NCBI RefSeq assembly: GCF_032444005.1
Contig: NC_091284.1
Span: 700,476,001-700,540,000, forward strand
Source of the DNA: Ranitomeya imitator
Lineage: Eukaryota
DNA length: 64,000 nt
Reading direction: 5' to 3'
The translations under genes and the position numbers were made by a program. Below are positions 50,901 to 56,900 of the stretch, piece by piece. Below the pieces are notes generated by a model. The model was not told the origin of the DNA. It worked only from the letters and a program-made list of their open reading frames with translations, and searched no databases. How positions within the stretch are numbered: the stretch's first letter is position 1; each line of letters begins with the position of its first letter.

Positions 50901-53900
50901 GAGATCGGACTGACAATGACGGACGTCTGAAAGTACCCTAAGGTTTACACAATTACTGAGATCACTTTATGGTATTGTAAAATTTGTGAATTTCTTCGAT
51001 TTTTAGAAAAATATCTTGCATCAAACCATGTGTTCTTCATATTATTTAGATGTGTGTTGAGTGTCAGAAGGCTGGCATGCATCTACTCCTTGCGGGATGC
51101 AATGGTGAGCATCTACTCTTTATTTTTTCTGATTCTTCAAGTACTGTTAGATTAGTAAAAGTAAAATCAAGTGAATTACACAGAGAATTATTAGTTATCT
51201 GTGTTAATTGCATCGCAAGCCTAACTGGTCCTGAATTTACTACATGTATAGAGAGAGAGAGACAGAGAAAAGGCATGCTGAGACACCAGTACTCTTGAAG
51301 ATTACTATATACTGTATATATTGTGAGGCACTGAAAGGTATTGTATGTGAGGGGTGATATGTATCCCCCAGGATGCGCACAGAAGCATATATGAGGCCGC
51401 TGGAGTGCATTGCAGTCACAGGCATAGCTGTGATTGCAGTGCAAAATAAAAGTAAGTTTGGTCTTGGACAAGCTATTTGTCCAAGGCAGATTTAAGAGAA
51501 CCCGGCATGGGCTTTTATTTTTGGAGCAGACTACAGGAAGGTAGTCAGGCAGTCTTCTCCCTCCCGGCTAGGTCTTACAAGTGGCCTATGGCCACAGATT
51601 CCTTTTAAGAACCCTGCAGCAAAGGGTGTCAGTTTTGGTTTGTAAACTTGCAGAGCAGGTGGCTCTGCAAAGACTCAGCCTGTGTGAAGTAGCATGGAGC
51701 CATGCAGAGCCAAAAGGCCTGGCACCCCTGAGCAAGACACGGTGGTGCAGTCGTCCACGGCAGCTGGTCTCGGATTATTACTGTTTTGACGCCAGGCTTG
51801 GATCCAGAGGATAATGTGTGCTGTTTCTTTTCTGAGTTTTTTTGGACATTAAAGACGTTTTCTTTGAACTTACAATACATATATATATATATTTTTTACA
51901 AGAGTACTGTACTGTAAAACAGCTATAAAACCCTCTGTTGCCATAAAGTGAATTTTGGAGATTTTGAATTTTAATTCCTAAGTGAATTGTTCTTTTTGCC
52001 TTCCAGCTAAAGTGCTTAGAACATTGGTCTCTATTGGTATCATGGATCATCTTACTGAACAGCAAGTCTTTGTAACTGTGCATGATGCTGCATGTTTTGC
52101 TGAACAGAATATGGTAAGGAATACATTTTTAGATCAATGAATTTTGGCAGTCACCGTAACATATCCATATACATAAAACATGACAGTGAACAAAAGGCTG
52201 GTGCAAGCAATCACATTATTTCCAAAAGTAACACGATGCACCTGTTAGGAAAGTATAAACACAATTACCTTTATTAACCAGTTCAAGACCAGGCCATTTA
52301 CCCACGTTCCTTACCAGGCAAATTTTCCGGTTTTTTCATACATGCGGTTTAAAGAGGTGTCATTTTTTTTCCGTATTCGGATATTCAAATAGTTTTTGCA
52401 TCTTTTTATCTTGATACATTGGGCATCATTTTATATCATAATCTTTTTTATTTTTCTTTGCTGATATTGGGTGATATCGTTGAGAAAATAAGGGAAATAC
52501 AGTGCCTTGCGAAAGTATTCGGCCCCCTTGAACTTTTCAACCTTTTCCCACATATCACGTTTCAAACATAAAGATACCAAATGTAAATTTTGGGTGAAGA
52601 GTCAACAACAAGTGGAACACAATTGTGAAGTTGAACGAAATTTATGGGTTATTTGAAATTTTTGTGGAAATTCAAAAACTGAAAAGTGGGGCGTGCAATA
52701 TTATTTGGCCCCTTTACTTTCAGTGTAGCAAACTCACTCCAGAAGTTCATTGTGGATCTCTGAATGATCCAATGTTGTCCTAAATGCTAGTAATGATGAT
52801 AAATATAATCCACCTGTGTGTAATCAAGTCTCCGTATAAATGCACCTGCTCTGTGATAGTCTCAGGGTTCTGTTTGAAGCACAGAGAGCATCATGAAGAC
52901 CAAGGAACACAACAGGCAGGTCCGTGATACTGTTGTGGAGCACTGTGCAAGCGATCATATTGAAATGGAAGGAGTATCATACCACTGCAAAGATCCGGCC
53001 AAGATCCGGCCGTCCCTCTAAACTTTCATCTCAAACAAGGAGAAGACTAATCAGAGATGAAGCCAAGAGGCCCATGATCACTCTGGATGAACTGCAGAGA
53101 TCTACAGCGGAGGTGGGACAGTCTGTCCATAGGACCACAATCAGTCGTACACTGCACAAATCTGGCCTTTATGGAAGAGAGGCAAGAAGAAAGCCATTTC
53201 TCAAAGATATCCATAAAAAGTGTTGTTTAAAGTTTGCAACAAGCCACCTGGGAGGCACACCAAACATGTGGAAGAAGGTGCTCTGGTCAGATGAAACCAA
53301 AATCAAACTTTTTGGCAGCAATGCCAAACGATATGTTTGGCGTAAAGGCAACACAGCTCATCACCCTAAACACACCATCCCCACTGTTAAAAATGGTGGT
53401 GGCAGCATCATGGTTCGGGCCTGCTTTTCTTCAGCAGGGACAGGGAACATGTTTAAATTGATGGGAAGATGGATGGGGCCAAATACAGGACCATTCTTGA
53501 AGAAAACCTGTTGGAGTCTGCAAAAGACCTGAGACTGGGACGGAGATTTGTCTTCCAACAAGACAATGATCCCAAACATAAAGCAAAATCTACAATGGAA
53601 TGATGGAATGGTTCACAAATAAACATATCCAGGTGTTAGAATGGCCAAATCAAAGTCCAGACCTCAATCCAGTTGAGAATCTGTGGAAAGAGCTGAAAAC
53701 TGCTGTTCACAAACGATCTCCATCAAACCTCACTGAGCTCGAGCTGTTTGCCAAGGAAGAATGGGCAATAATTTCAGTCTCTTGATGAACTAAACTGATA
53801 GAGACATACCCCAAGCAATTTTCAGCTGTAATCGCAGCAAAAGGTGGCGCAACAAAGTATTAAGTTAAAGGGGCCGAATAATATTACATGCCCCACTTTT

Positions 53901-56900
53901 CAGTTTTTGAATTTCCACAAACATTTAAAATAACCAATAAATTTCGTTCAACTTCACAATTGTGTTCCACTTGTTGATTCTTCAACAAAAATGTACATTT
54001 GGTATCTTTATGTTTGAAGCATGATATGTGGGAAAAGTTCCAGGGAGCCGAATACTTTCGCAAGGCACTGTACATGTTTGTTTTTCAAATTTTTTTTTAT
54101 AAAGAACTATTAAATAAATAAAAAAATGTGTTCCCCATTCTCTAGCAATTTGGATTGGCAGTGGCTTATTTTTTCATTTATTTTTTACTAGATTTTTTTT
54201 TTTTTTCTCATTTATTGCACATAATGTGATAGAAAACCTTTAGGGTTTTATCAATATATAAATCCTTTTTTTATTTAATCCGATTTTGCCTATAACTGGG
54301 GCTGTTGTGCATAGCTCCAATTACAGAGGAATTTCAGACTCCAGACTGCATGGCAGAACTGACTTGGTTACCTAGAACCCAGCAGCGCCTGTTGCCTCCT
54401 TCTCTACACCCACCCCAATGCACAATCGAGTATCGAGCAGTGCCAGGCATTCTCGCCCATCTCTACCTAGAGCATAATAAACATAGGGTAAAACGTTATA
54501 AAGTATGAACACTTGCTTCATCGCTAATCTGCTATGCCACAGACTATAGTCCGGTTCAACGCTTCTTCTAACCTCTTCTTTCCCTATAATGTGTGATGTC
54601 CTCTTCATGCATCTTCACTCTGCACCAAGGCTTCTGGGGTCAAGTAGATTCCTAAAGTCACAATGCATGTAACGATGTGTCTCACCTGAGGCCTAGTCAG
54701 CACCTTGGACAGCGGATGTCATGTTGGTATGTGCATTGTGACGTCAGATGCCTACTTGGCCTCAAAAATGCTGACACAGAATGAAGATGCCTGAAGATGC
54801 ATCAGAAGAAAAAAGAGGCCAGTTGGAGCGGGGAGAGAGGACAGTGGACTATGGCAGCAGACAGGTGAGCATACATTTTTTTAACCCAATTTCTGGACCT
54901 CTACAGTTCAGCAAAATATTAGCCAATCAGCTTCCATTATATTCGAATGAAACGGATAAAGAAAACAGATTTAGGAGAAGAATTTCACTCATGTCTGATT
55001 ATCACAATTAAACTCGAGGCAAAAGGAATACATTTTGTTATGACTTATGAAGCGCCAAAGGTGCAGGGATTCAAAGAACACCTAAAAGAGAGCCCTTGAG
55101 TTATTGCCTTAGGCCCTTTCTAGATATAGCAGAACATACAGTATGGTATCAATTCAGCCTTCAATTATCCTATAAAATTGTAACAACCCTGCTGTCATCA
55201 CTGCATGGCCTCCCATCCCCCACCTGCATTACACTCAAACTTACTTACTTCTCTGGGCCTTGTTGTGACTTCTCTCTGCTGCCAGCTCCATGCTGTGTGC
55301 CTCATGTCTGCTGCTTGCTGTGTACATGCTCTGTCTGTGTGCATAGAGGGGCGGCGCTGGCAACTCCTGTGTCTTATTGAGACTGTGTGCACCTTGCTAA
55401 GGTGTCCCCGGCCAATTGCCATGAGGCTTCCTCTATTTAAGACTTTCCCACTCATTGATGGGGGCCTGTGCAACTTACTCCCTCAGTCAGTTCTTGGCTG
55501 CTGAGGTGTCGCGCCCTGTCTCTGTTACTCTTATGTCCGCCACCCAGGGGGCATTGTATCCTGGTCTGTGTCCTGTGTTTGCCATCCAATGGGGCTTCGT
55601 ACCCTGGCCTATGTCCGCCACCCAGAGGGGCGTCGTACCCTGGCTTGTGTCCATGTCTCCGTTTCTTGACCTGTTCCTGACTTTGTCTTAGCCTAGTCCT
55701 GTTCCTGTGTCCGTTTATATACCTGCCTTGGTTTCCTTTCCCTGCTGTGCATACTCTGTGTCTTGCTTTGCTTTGCTTTTGGCTCTGCTCTCTGCGACCT
55801 TGCTTTGCTCCTTGCTCTGCATTCTGTGACCTTGCTCTGCTCTGTGGTTTTGCTCTGGGCTCTGCACTCTGTGGCTTTGCTCTCAGATCTGCACTGAGTC
55901 TGCAACTCTGCAAGTCGAGTCATCGCCTCCTGCTCTAGGCTCCGCCCCCTGTGTTTCTGCACTTGGCTCCTCCTCCTGGCTCCACCTCATGAGTCTCTGT
56001 TCTTGGCTTTAACTCCTGTGCTTTCGCTCTGCATCCAGTCTTGCAGTCTTTCTCTACCTATTCTTAAGTCCTCCTGACTGAACAGGTACTTACCTGTTTT
56101 ACATACCTGCCTGCAGACCGGTCCCTACCGGTTCTTCCAGTGTACCAGCCTAGTCCGCCTGTCCTATCAGAGAGCCAGCCGTACCTGCCTGCCTGTCAGT
56201 GTCTCTGTTGTACCCGTACCTGCCTGCCAGAGAACCAGCATGCCTGCCTGCCAGTGTCTCTGTTATACCCGTCCGCCTGCCTGTGTCCCAGCTGTGCCTG
56301 CCTGTCTGCCAGAGTGCCAGCCGTGCCCGCTTGCCTGTCTATGTTCCGTTCCCTGGTGGGATCAGCAGCCACAGCCAGACACCACCCTGGAGTGGTACCT
56401 GGTAGCTTCCTGCCGCACAAGTCTGACCTCACCATCAGAGGCTCCAGCGAAGACCAAGGAAGCTACTTAGTTACACCCCTTCCAGGGCAGTCTGGTCTGT
56501 GGTCCAGTGGGGCAAAACACCCCCGCATGCTCGCGCCAACCAGTCTGGGTGCGAGCGTGACAAAAATATTTATATAGGGCCTTTCAGGTCTCCTAAAAAA
56601 CTGTATACATTATCATACTCCCCTTAATATAATGGAACGACAATATAACACTGGTGAATAGTGCTGTCCCTCTACTCTGTCTCAAAATTTCACAATACAA
56701 ACTGCATATATTATTAAGTAGATGCATCTGAAAACGTTATTTCGAAATACTATGTCAGAATGTCGGCATAGTCTAAATATTAAAATTAGAATTTTATGAT
56801 TCAACTTAAGCAGTAAAAAAATCTCATAAGTCCGAGTGTATTCAGAATCCACCCATCCTGACTTGCAGCTGCAGTTTGTACTTAGCATTGGGAGTTCTCA

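Noticed and set aside
51050-51298. 82-aa ORF as a standalone gene
   Set aside because: Only the first 55 nt are coding (an slc26a10 exon); the rest is intron read-through. The same applies to 15434-15793 and 32575-32805.
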